From Stegostoma tigrinum (Eukaryota): DNA of 64,000 bases. Under the pieces are notes generated by a model, which was given only the letters and a program-made list of their open reading frames with translations, was not told where the DNA came from and did not search any database. Below, piece by piece: positions 37,075 to 49,305 of this stretch. Every line of letters starts with the position of its first letter. Position 1 is the stretch's first letter. The translations under genes were made by a program, and so were the position numbers. The stretch is taken from the NCBI RefSeq assembly GCF_030684315.1, contig NC_081381.1, positions 29,871,514-29,935,513 on the forward strand, in the 5' to 3' direction.

Positions 37075-37110
37075 CTGCAGTACTGCTAAATAGCAGCAGA
37101 TGGCAGTGCT
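37075..37110 (+). promoter_or_regulatory. CTCF-like site with upstream (U) motif
   Basis: CTGCAG-TACTGCTAAATA-GCAGCAGATGGCAGTG; GC box GGGGAGGGGGCGCGG at about 37042-37056. Confidence 0.6.
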
Positions 37111-37678
37111 GACTGTTTTACAGTCTCTACTCCTACTTCACAGGAGAATTACCAAACAAAACCTGGCAGTTCTTGGAACATGATGAGACACCTTTGGTTA
37201 GCATTTAGCAGAACCTGGCTTCCAAATTCTTGACCCTTGTGTTTTCGCATTTTCCTTTCCTCCTTTTTCTGGGATCCCAGTTTCTGCTGTTTCTAAAAGT
37301 ACTCACCATTTGTTTTGGAAATCCCCTGTTCCTGCTTCTTATTAAAACATTCTTACTGGCTTTGACAAATCTATATGCTTCTTGCGAATTTTTAGTTGAG
37401 ATTCCTCGATCCCATTTTTCAAATCCTGTCTGCCCTGCTGTTCATTGCAGCCAGTTCATCACCGTTTCCACTGGATTCCTTCACCATATCCAGGATCTCC
37501 AGGAGATGGAAGGAAAAGACAGATAGATAGAAGGAAGACAGATGAATGATCTAAAAAGTGAGATGGGATTAAAGAAAGACGGTAAAGTACGGGCCAAGGA
37601 TAGGAAGAAAAGTAAAGAAAAAATGTAACAAGTGTGACGGATGAAAGTGGAGTAGTGTCAGACTTACCAAAAGCAAAG

Positions 37679-37821
37679 AGATAACAAAGTGTGAAGCTGG
37701 AATGAACACAGCAGGCCAAGCAGCATCCCTTCTTCAGAAGAAGGGTTCTGAAGTAGGGTCTAGGCCTGAAACGTCAGCTTTCCTGCCCCTAAAATGCTGC
37801 TTGACCTGCTGTGTTCATCCA
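37679..37821. mobile_element. Palindromic PLE-derived mini-element
   Basis: Inverted arms; central degenerate hammerhead ctgaagtagggtctaggcctgaaacgtc. Confidence 0.7.
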
Positions 37822-40800
37822 TGAACCATTGTCTGATCATTGCCTTGGTCTGACCTGACTCAGAGACACAGAAGTGAGGATATTCCTTTGCATGGATTGC
37901 TATGGTTCCCCTACAGATGACATCAGTTGCCCAATGGTTCCCTGCATATTGTGAAGGAACTAACCTACCAGCTCCAGGAGTCAGCTATATAATACAACCC
38001 TGAATTCTTCACAGCTAACACAAGAGAAACAACACCCTGGATCAGCTGCCTGACCTACTGGAATAACATTCATTTCATGATTTGAAGACTGCACCAGAAG
38101 AAAGTTATACTGTTAACCCTGTTTCTCTCTTTGCTGAGTTTATCCAACACTTTCTGGTTTAATTTCAGGTCCCCGGCTTTTGCACAGTACCTTGTCTTTG
38201 CATGAAAAGAATGACCCCGAAGGGCTCAGGGACACACTTGATACTTCACCCAATGTAAACCTGCACTCCACAAATCACAGCCTCTGCTGGTGTCTCTTGT
38301 CTGATCACAGGCTCACCCTTGTGTCCCATCTCAGCGATGACAGTCGCTGTTGACCTGAGCCCGTCTCTGGTCCCACTTCAAGTAGCGTACGGATGGCGTA
38401 TTGAGGGACGGCGTTGTGATCAGCGTTTCTTGCTTTTCTGTAATTAACTCTAAAATATGTGTGCTTGACATATTTCTTGTATAACATTTACTAGGAATTT
38501 ATAATCCATCTGAAGGAGCATCTCAGCCAAAGAATCCAGCCCATCATACTTTCTCAATCACCAGAGCCAGCATGATTTTACACTGGAGGCTGCTCAACCT
38601 ATTTCCATTTACTTAGCCAATGCCACACCACCCTGCGAAGGAAAACGCCATCTGCCCAACTCCACCCCACTGATCATGAATGAATCTTCGGTTTTTACCT
38701 GCATTACCAATTCCCAGCATTGCTCCTAAACTGCTTACTACTCTTGGGTCCCTGCCAGCACCCTGTGTTTGCCTAATGTTTCCTATTTAATGCCTGTAAC
38801 TCTCTCTATAGAGACCCTATACCAGTGTGCTCAGCTTCCCACTAATTGCTCAGGTCAGAACGCTGGGATAATGTGAGCACAGACACGTTTGTTTTGACCT
38901 ACAGGCAAAGATAGTTATCTGAATCAACATGGGCAGGGGGGGGCCTGAACCTGGGACTGCCGGACCAGACGTAATCACTGTAGCCCATGCACACGTTTGT
39001 CAGTATCTTTAATTAACCTGTTCAGTTGTATTATGACACATGCCTGGAGCAGGTGGAACTTGAACCTGGGCCTCCTGGCTCAGAGACTGAGAGACTACCA
39101 CAACACCATAAAATTATACTATTTCTAAGCAAGTCTGATTGTAGATCAGCAACAATGTCTTAGACAGCTTCTGACCTGTCCTGACTTAAACCTGGACTGT
39201 TGAGCGTACCACAGACAATACATATTAAATATTACAGAAGGACCAGATTCATACAGAGGGAAATAAGGCACTGTAGCATTCTATTTCAGCTTTCTTTGTT
39301 TTGCCACTGTGTACACCACATGTCAAACACCCACTTCTGCATCCAACATGCAGCATCTTCCTCTTGCCTGCGATTAATTTTATCTGGCACTGTTCTATTT
39401 ATGGATTCTATCAAACCTATTTTCTAGCTCTTTGGCTGCTTCCTCAGACCATAAAAGCAGATTAAAAAACTGTTTCATTATTTCGCCTCCACCTTAACAC
39501 TGTTACTGACCAGCATTGAGTTTTAATTTTTTCTGCTAATACACTGTTCACAAAGGCCACTTGAAAGTTCTCGTAAGCTAACTGTATTTCTCATCTAATT
39601 GGAATGCTTTGAGTGAGGATTGTTAACACAATTAACATGGAACAAACATTGTGGTGCAATGGTAGTGTCCCTCCTCTGACCCAGGAGGCCTGGCTCCAGA
39701 TCCAACTGCTCCGGAGGTGTGTAATAACATCTCTGAACAGGCTGATTGGACAATATCTAGAACAAACAATTTGGGTCTGGTCAAATCTAGACAATAACAT
39801 ATCTACCACCTAATGACAGCAGAAAGATAACGTGCTGAATGGTTTCCTTCTGGCTGTTCCTATTCTGTGATCCTCTGTGACAACATCCATAAATCCACTC
39901 ATGATACTAAGTGTCCCTGTTCACTGCTCCCTTTCTCTGTAAACAAACAGAACTGTAGATGAAAGAAGTTATGTTCAATTATAACAGAGAATTAAACAAG
40001 AACAGTTACATCACATTGTCTATACAGTTGAAAACAGAGATTGATACAGCATTTGCTATAGTACACTTTATAAACAGGTGGAATAAAGAATTTTAGTGTC
40101 TCCTAAACCACATTGTAAATACAAATGTAGCGAAATGAACTAAGCTGACCTCTTTATCATAATTACCTGATAAATGATACAAAGAACTATCTTATCAGTT
40201 TCAAATGAATTCCTTCCAACAGTGATTAGTTATAAACAATGGGCTGAATGGTTCCTTTTGCATTGCAATAATTCCTGTGCTTGGATTATATTTATGATGG
40301 ATCATTATGATTTTATTCACTGTACTTATTGATGCTGCCCACTGACTTGGCTGTGTCTTACCTGCTGGATGCTGATGTGTGTGGAACTCCATCATTGTAT
40401 TGAAGATACTTTCAGTAGAAATCCAATCACGTTTGGAATTCAGAATTTGCAAACAATTCAGCTCGCCTGGTATGACACAGTGGCGACTCTCTCTCTCTCT
40501 CTCGGCCCCTTCTCTCTCTCTATCTCTGCCTCTAATATTGAATCATGTTAGAGGATAAAGTTGATTTGAGAATTGTGACAACACAGAACCTAATCTCAAG
40601 ACAGAAATAACAGATTAAATTGCCACTTACATTCAGCACAAGACAAATACGTGTAATAAGCGAATTCAGCTATCTAATATTGCAGATCAAGTCAATATAA
40701 AATCACGCAGACATCCTTCTTACCTTACAACTTATTTTTAAATCAGACATTATTTCTTTGGATCGTTCTAGTTCCCACAGACGCTCTTTGATAGCTCCTC

Positions 40801-41282
40801 ACTTACACCCTCCAGTGACTGCAGCTCATTTCTAAACCTGGGCTGCCCACACCCTCTCCTTTGCCTGCCCATCACCTCTGTCCTTCACTAACCATCATCC
40901 TGTGAAATACCATCCAGTATTTCAATTGGTCTGTACCTCAATTAAAGAAAATTAAATCAAACAAATGATAGATTTTTACAAAACAGTGATCAAACTACAG
41001 TTAGGTTGATAAATGTTGCACAAAACATACATTAAATCAACAGAGAAGCTATTGTGGGAAGTACATTCACCAGGGTGATGTGATGACTGAGAAACTATAG
41101 TTAACAGGACAGTTTTGTGGTGTTATTGCACTGAATGGAGAACAGGAGATTTAGTTCAGATTTTTTTTAAGAGTTTTGATCAATAAAGATGATTTCCTCA
41201 GGGTGGGGATTCAGGCACAAGACTATCATTTGAAAGTAGGAGTGTGAGGAGAGAGATTACAAAACACATCTTTAGGCAGTCA

Positions 41283-41504
41283 GTTGTTTGAGTATGAAAT
41301 GCTGAGCTGCTGGGATTGGTTTGTTTGAGTATGAAATGCTGAGCTGCTGGGATTGATTTGTTTGAGTATGAAATGCTGAGCTGCTGGGATTGGTTTGTTT
41401 GAGTATGAAATGCTGAGCTGCCGGGATTGGTTTGTTTGAGTATGAAATGCTGAGCTGCTGGGATTGGTTTGTTTGCGTATGAAATGCTGAGCTGCTGGGA
41501 TTGG
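41283..41504. repeat. Minisatellite, 6 x 37 bp (TTTGTTTGAGTATGAAATGCTGAGCTGCTGGGATTGG)
   Basis: Six head-to-tail near-identical units with no spacers. Confidence 0.95.
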
Positions 41505-42166
41505 TTCCAGCACTGCCTCATTTGTTAAGAGATTTTTTTTCTGTTAGGGATGTGGGCAACTGTGTTTCAGAAGAGTTGACATCCTTCAGAAGAGGCAGAT
41601 AGAACAGCCACCATCTTACTGAATGGTGGGGAGGTCTCAAAAGGGCCGAGTCTATCTCCTCACTTGTGTGATAGTACGCCAGCTTAATCCTTACATTACT
41701 GGGCTAATGCTATATTGAGATGTCAGTTCAAATCCCACCACAGACATTTGGAGTCATAGCCTTGTACAGCACAGAAACAGACCCTATGGGTCAACTTGTC
41801 TGTGCTGATGAGATATTCTAAATAAATCTAGTCCCATTTGCCAGCATTTAACCCATATCCCTGTAAACCCCTCCTATTCATGTACCCATCCAGATGCCCT
41901 TTAAATGTTGTAATTGTACCAGCCCCCACCACTTCCTCTGGCAGCTCATTCCATACACGCACCACCCATGCCTAAAAACGTTACCCCTTGGATTCCTTCT
42001 AAATCTTTCCCATCTCACCTTAAACCTATGCCCTCTAGTGAACTCTCCCACCCCAGGGTAAAGACCTTGGCTATTCACCCCATCCACGCCCCCTCGTGAT
42101 TTTATAAACCTCTATAACGTCACCCTTAGCCTCCAACACTCCAGGGAAAATAGTCCCAGTCTATTG

Positions 42167-43003
42167 AATGCAGAGCTGGGCTGAGAAATGGCAGATGGAG
42201 TTCAACCTGGATAAATGCAAAGTGATGCATTTTGGAAGGTCGAACTTAATTGCTGAATATAGGATTAAAGGCAGGATTCTCGGCAGTGTGGAGGAACAGC
42301 GGGATCTTGGTGTTCAAGTGCATAGCTCCCTCAAAGTTGCCACCCAAGTGGATAAGGTTGTTAAGAAAGCATATGGTGTTTTGGCTTTCATTAACAGGGG
42401 GATCGAGTTTAAGTGCCGCGAGGTTATGCTGCAGCTCTACAAAACCCTGGTGAGACCACACTTGGGATATTGTGTCCAGTTCTGGTCGCCCTATTATAGG
42501 AAAGATGTGGAGGCTTTGGAGAGGGTGCAAAGAAGGTTTACCAGGATGCTGCCTGGACTGGAGGGCTCCTCTTACGAGGAGAGGTTGACTGAGCTCGGAC
42601 TTTTCTCTCTGGAGAGGAGGAGGAAGAGAGGTTACCTGATCGAGGTGTACAAGGTAATGAGAGGCATGGATAGAGTCGATAGCCAGAGACTTTCCCCCAG
42701 GGCAGGATTGACTGCCACGAGGGGTCATTGTTTTAAGGTGTTAGGAGGAAGGTATAGAGGAGACGTCAGAGGGAGGTTCTTCACGCAGAGAGTTGAGAGC
42801 GCATGGAATAGTTTACCAGTGGTAGTCGTGGAAGCAGAGTCATTAGTGACATTTAAGCGACTGCTGGACATGCACATGGACAGCAGTGAATTGAGGGGAA
42901 TGTAGGCTAGGTTATTTTATTTTTGGATTAGGGTTATTCCACGGCACAACATGGTGGGCCGAAGGGCCTGTACCGTGCTGTACTTTTCTATGTTCTATGT
43001 TCT
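42167..43003 (+). mobile_element. Young CR1 3' fragment inserted into an older antisense CR1 (41750-42166, 43004-43200)
   Basis: Open 245-aa ORF (WQMEFNLDKC..LYKTLVRPHL..FFTQRV) and TTCTATG tail. Confidence 0.9.
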
Positions 43004-46000
43004 AATCACCCTCTCCCTGCAGCTCAAACCCTCCAACCCTGACAACATCCTTGTACATCTATTCTGAACCCTTTCAAGTTTCACAACATCCTTCCTACAG
43101 CTGGGAGCCCAGAATTGCACGCAATAATCCAACTGTGGTCCAACCAATGTCCTGTACAGCTGCAACATGACTTCCCATCTCTTATACTCAATGCACTTTA
43201 AATTCACTTAACGGAATAATAGTGATACAAAAAGCTGGTTTCTGTAGTTGTGAACGTGAGACAGCTGGATTATTATTAAAAACAAACCTGGTGTGGCTGT
43301 AGATAAGGAAATGTGCTGCCGTTCCTTCCATCTGTCATTATTTGTTTATGTGAATGTGGTTAACACATTCGGCAATATTCCGGCCGGTGGATGACTAATA
43401 ATCATCCTTACAGGTAACACCCCCACCCTGCAATTGAATTAGGAAATGTTTCATTGCCCATTTGTAGGTGTGTTGAGAAAATGCTTCTCTGAATCATTGC
43501 AATCCTTGTAGAAGGTCATTCTTGCTGTGGAGTCAGGTAAGGAATTCCAGGATCCTGGCCCAGCAACAATGGGGAATGGTCCAAGATGGTGGGTGACCCG
43601 GAGGTGAAAGTGCTTACAAACATTGCTGCTCTCGGTATCTTTTCATCGTTCTTTCATTAGGCTGTGGGCATTACCACAAACTCAGCATCACAAATTGAAC
43701 AGAGCAGCTTGCTCAAAAGTTAAGAGTCAACCACATTTCGAAACTAACATGGAGCCTAGACCTGGATGAGGAGGGCAGATTTCCCTCCCTAAAGGACAAG
43801 AGTTACCCAGATGAGTTTTGTTGATGGTTTCGTATGTTGCAGAGACAAGCTTTTGATTCCAAATTTATTAATTGAATTTGAATTTCATCAGTTGCCCTGT
43901 AGAATTTGAATATTTGTTCCCAAAGCATTAGCCTGTTCATTATGGCTCCAGTGTTATTCTCACTACCTTACCATCTTCCTCATCCTTGTCGATAGGACAG
44001 TGCATCCATCAGATTGGACGTACTGTACCCAACATGCAATAACCAGGAAGGAAGATCTGGTTTTAGGGCCCAATGGGAAGACAACAATCAAGCTCTGCAC
44101 TGGGTGGTGCTTTATTTCTTAGGGGCTGTTACAGCTTTAACACTTGAAGCAAAGCAAGGTTCAAGGGTTGCTCTGGCATGGACCAGCATAAACACAATGG
44201 GCCAAATGGCCTCATAAAAGGTAGAGACACAGAACATGTCCCGCACCCAGACTGCTATCTTTCCTCCCATCATGTTCACACAGTCTGAGATAACTCCCTA
44301 GGGATGACACATCAGTTTGTAGAGCATTTCTCTCTTTGAAACTTCCTTGTCCCCTCATCAGGGGTGACATTCAGGGTTCTCTCTCCAAAAGACACTGACT
44401 TTTCATTTGCAGTCAACTTTTGACTTCTTCTTTAAAAATGTCAATTTAAAAGTCGAATATATTTGTAAATACTTTGGGGTTCTTTTGTCATAACATTGTT
44501 GCTACAACAATCCGATAACTAACATCAAGAGCCCTACCCACAAAAACAATGTGCGAAGGAATCCTCAAAGGCCCTGTTAATTGTTGTACAAAAACATTGT
44601 CAACTGTCATTTTTACCTGATGGAAAGTCACAGAGTCATAGAGTCCTTCGGCATGGAGAGAGGTCCTTCGTCCCAAATTGGTCTGTGTTGACCAAAATGT
44701 CCATCCATGCCAAGCCCATTTCCCTGGACTAAACCTTTCATCTAACCCTCCATCTAAACCTTTCCTATCCTTGTATTTGTCCAAATGCCTTTTAAATGTT
44801 GTTAAAGTGCCTGCCTCAACCACTTCTGCTGGCAGCTCATTCCATGTGCGTACCACTCTCTGTGTAAAAATGTTGCCCCTCAGGTTCCCATTTATTCTTC
44901 CCCCCTTACCTTAAACCGGTGCCCTGTAGTCCTCAATTCCCCAACCCTTGGAAGAAGACTGAGTGTATTCACTTATCCATGCCTCTCATAATCTTATACA
45001 CTCCTATAAGATCACCCCTCAGTCTACTATGATCTAAAGAAAAAGGTCCTAGCTTGTCCAACCTCTTCCTATAACTCAGTCCCTTGAGTCCTGACAATAT
45101 CCTCCTAAATTTCTTCTGCACTCTTTCCAGTTTAATAACACCCTTCCTGGAGTAAGGTGACTTAAACTGAATACAGTACTCCAAATCCAGCCTCACCAGT
45201 GTCATGTACAACCACATCATAACTTCCCAATGTCTATACTCAATGGCCTGACTGATAAAAGCCACCTTCACTGCCCTGTCACTCCACTTTCAGAGAACCG
45301 TGCACCTGAACTCCAAGGCCCCTTTGTTCCACTATATACCCTAAGGCCCTACCATTCACCATGAAACTCCTGTCTGGATTTGACTTTCCAAAATGCATCA
45401 CCTCACATGTTTCTATATTAAACTCCATTTGCCATTTCTCGGCCCACTTCCCCAGCTGCAATTTCTATCACTGTCCGCGATACCACCTATTTTAGTGTCA
45501 TCTGCAATCATACTAATCATGCCTTTCACATTCTCATCAAAATCATCAATGTAGATAACAAACAGTATTGGGCCCAGCACCACTCCCTGAGGCATGTAAC
45601 TAGTTACAGGTCTCCAGTCAGACAAGCATCCTTCCAATATTACCCACTGCTTCCTACTATCAAGCCAATTGTGTATCCAATTTGCCAGATCTCCCTGGAT
45701 TCAATGTATCTAACCTTTCAGAACAGTCTACCATGTGGAAACTTATCAAAGGCCTCATTGACTCCATCTACTGCCCTGCCCTCATCAACCTTCCAGGTCA
45801 CTTCATCAAAGAACTCTAACAAATTTATGAGGTATGATCTCCCACGCATTAAGCCACACTGATTACTCCTAATCAAACCCTGTCTTTCCAAATGCATGTA
45901 AGTCTTATCCCTCAGAATCTTCTCCAGTAACTTACCTACCACAGATGTTAGGCTTCCTGATCTATAATTCCCAGGCTTTTCTTTGCAGCCCTTCTTGAAT

Positions 46001-47668
46001 AAGAGCGCAGCATTTACTCCCCTCCAGTCTTCCTGGACCTCACCCGTGGCTAACGATGATGCAAATATATCAGCCAGGCCCTCACAATTTTGTCTCTAGC
46101 CTCTTGTAGGGTTCTTCATATATCTGTTCAGAACCTGGAAAATAATCCACCTTCCTGCATTCAAATACTTCCACACCTCCTGTACTCTGATATGGCCTGT
46201 CCCCAAGATGTTGCTACTAACTTCCCCAAGTTCCCAAGTCTTTGTGTCTTTCTCCAAGGTATGCACAAAGGCGAAATATTCATTGAGGATCTTGCCTATC
46301 TCTTGTGGTTCCACACATAACATGTCCAATTAGGCCCTTGAGGGGTCCTATTCTCTCTCCAGTTATTCTTTTCTGTTAATTCTCTTTGGATTTACTCTAA
46401 TCTTCTCAGCCAAAGCTATCTCATTCCCCCTTTTCGCCCTCCTGATTTCCTTCTTCAGTAAACCCCTGTATTCTCTATTTACCTCCAGGGATTCATTTAA
46501 TCCCAGTTGTCTGCTCCTGAGCCAATGTGTCCTTCTTTCTCCTGGTCAAAGCCTCAATATCTCTTGTCATCCAGGGTTCCCTACTCCAGCCAATCTTGCC
46601 CTTCACCCTCAGAGGAATATAAAGACCTTGCACTCCAGCTATCACACTTTTAAAGGCCTTCCACTTGTTCCTTTGCCTTCAAACAAACTACTCCAACTGA
46701 CTCCTGCAAGCTCCTGTCTAATTCCATCAAAATTCACCTTGCCCCAATAGAACTTAAACCTGTGGACCAATTTTGTCTTTTTCCACAACTATTTTAAAAT
46801 TACTAGAACTACGGTCACTGGTCCCAAAGTGCTCCCCCACTGTCACATCAGTCACCTGTCCTGCCCTATTTCCCAAGAGTAGGGAGAGTTTTGCCCCTTC
46901 CCAAGTAGCACCCTCTATATACTGCTTGAGGAAACTTTCCTGAACACATTTAACAAATTCCACCCCATCTAAGCCCTTAACACAATGGCAGTCCCAGTCT
47001 GTGTTAGGAAAATTAAAACCCCCCAAGACGACAAACGAATTGCTTCTGCAAGCTTCCCCAGTATCCTTGCATATTTGTTCCTCTAATTCCCATTCACTAT
47101 TTGGGGGCCTATAGTACACCCCTAATAATATCACAATCCCTTCTTAGTTCCACCCACAAAACTGGATGATCCCCCTCAGTTATTTCATCACTGACTACTG
47201 CTGTGATACTCCCCTGCATCAAAAATGCAACACCCCTTCCGCTCTTTCCTTAACCTCTGTCCCACCTAAAGCACTTGCAACCTGGTATGTTAAGCTGCCA
47301 GTCCTGTCCCTTCCTTAGCCATGTTTCTGTAACGGCTGTAATATCCCAGCCCCGTGTACCTATCTACGCCCTGAGTTCACTGACCTTACCTGTCAGCTGT
47401 CTTGCATTGAAATAGATGCAATTTAATCCGACAGGCATTCCTTGCACCCTGCCATGTTCCAGCCTGGCCTGTCTCTTACAACTTACTATTGTTGTATCTC
47501 CTTCAGCCTCGCACTTGCCTCCCTGCTGTTGAAGGTCTCACCCCCTGCCAATCTAGTTTAAATCCTCCCTTGTAGCACTAGCAAATCTGTCCGCCAAGAT
47601 ATTGTCCTGCTCCAGTTCAAGTGCAACCTCTCGAATGGGTCACCCCTGCCCTAGAAAAGATCCCAATG

Positions 47669-49305
47669 AGGAGGGGACGCAGTGGCCCAGTGGTATTATC
47701 ACTGAACTGTTAATCCAGCGACCCAGGTAGCGTTCTGGGGACCCAGGTTCGAATCCCACCATGGCAGATGGTGGAATTTGAATTCAATAAAATATCTGGA
47801 ATTAAGAATCTAATGATGACCATCAATCCAATGTTGATTGTTGGAAAAACCCATCTAACCCATTTAATGCCCTTTAGGGAAGGAAGCTGCCATAACAGTC
47901 AACACGGCTTTGTGAGGGGTAGGTCATGCCTTACAAACCTTATCGAGTTTTTTGAGGATGTGACTAGTAAGGTTGATGAGGGTCGAGCTGTGGATGTGGT
48001 GTATATGGACTTCAGTAAGGCATTTGATAAGGTTCCCCATGGAAGGCTCATTCAGAAGGTCAGGAGGAATGGGATACAGGGGAACTTAGCTGCTTGGATA
48101 CAGAATTGGCTGGCCAACAGAAGACAGCGTGTGGTAGTAGAAGGAAAATATTCTGCCTGGAAGTCAGTGGTGAGTGGGGTTCCACAGGGCTCTGTCCTTG
48201 GGCCTCTACTGTTTGTAATTTTTATTAATGACTTGGACGAGGGAATTGAAGGATGGGTCAGCAAGTTTGCAGACGACACAAAGGTCGGAGGTGTCGTTGA
48301 CAGTGTAGAGGGCTGTTGTAGGCTGCAGCGGGACATTGACAGGATGCAGAGATGGGCTGAGAGGTGGCAGATGGAGTTCAACCTGGATAAATGCGAGGTG
48401 ATGCATTTTGGAAGGTCGAATTTGAAAGCTGAGTACAGGATTAAGGATAGGATTCTTGGCAGCGTGGAGGAACAGAGGGATCTTGGTGTGCAGATACATA
48501 GATCCCTTAAAATGGCCACCCAAGTGGACAGGGTTGTTAAGAAAGCATATGGTGTTTTGGCTTCATTAACAGGGGGATTGAGTTTAAGAGTCGTGAGATC
48601 TTGTTGCAGCTCTATAAAACTTTGGTTAGACTGCACTTGGAATACTGCGTCCAGTTCTGGGCGCCCTATTATAGGAAAGATGTGGATGCTTTGGAGAGGG
48701 TTCAGAGGAGGTTTACCAGGATGCTGCCTGGACTGGAGGGCTTATCTTATGAAGAGAGGTTGACTGAGCTCGGTCTCTTTTCATTGGAGAAAAGGAGGAG
48801 GAGAGGGGACCTAATTGAGGTATACAAGATAATGAGAGGCATAGATAGAGTCGATAGCCAGAGACTATTTCCCAGGGCAGAAATGGCTAGCACGAGGGGT
48901 CATAGTTTTAAGCTGGTTGGTGGAAAGTATAGAGGGGATGTCAGAGGCAGGTTCTTTACGCAGAGAGTTGTGAGAGCATGGAATGCGTTGCCAGCAGCAG
49001 TTGTGGAAGCAAGGTCATTGGGGTCATTTAAGAGACTGCTGGACATGCATATGGTCACAGAAATTTGAGGGTGCATCCATGAGGATCAATGGTCGGCACA
49101 ACATTGTGGGCTGAAGGGCCTGTTCTGTGCTGTACTGTTCTATGTTCTATGTTCTATGTTCTATCCTTACCTGGTCTGGCCTACATGTGACTCCAGACCC
49201 ACAGCAATGTGGTTGACTCTAAGCTGCCCACTGGACAATTAGGGATGGGCGATAAATGCTGCCTGGTCATTGACTCCCTCATCCCGTGAATGAATAGAAG
49301 AAAGA
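47669..49305 (+). mobile_element. tRNA-derived SINE split by the young CR1 (parts 47669-47891 and 49165-49305)
   Basis: A box GTGGCCCAGTGG, B box GGTTCGAATCCC; the body matches uninterrupted copies at about 4520-4825 (+) and 1862-2025 (-). Confidence 0.75.
47892..49164 (+). mobile_element. Young 5'-truncated CR1 (RT domain; one frameshift near 48565) with (TTCTATG)n tail
   Basis: SQHGFVRGRSCLTNLIEFF..YMDFSKAFDKV..GVPQGSVLGPLLF..FADDTK; ORFs 47768-48763 and 48601-49068. Confidence 0.93.

Noticed and set aside
41283-41504. 37-bp repeats resembling a CRISPR array
   Set aside because: Units are head-to-tail with no unique spacers, there are no cas genes, and the context is eukaryotic.
47768-48763. 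331-aa RT ORF with a novel N-terminus
   Set aside because: The first ~41 aa come from the host SINE read in frame into a truncated CR1.
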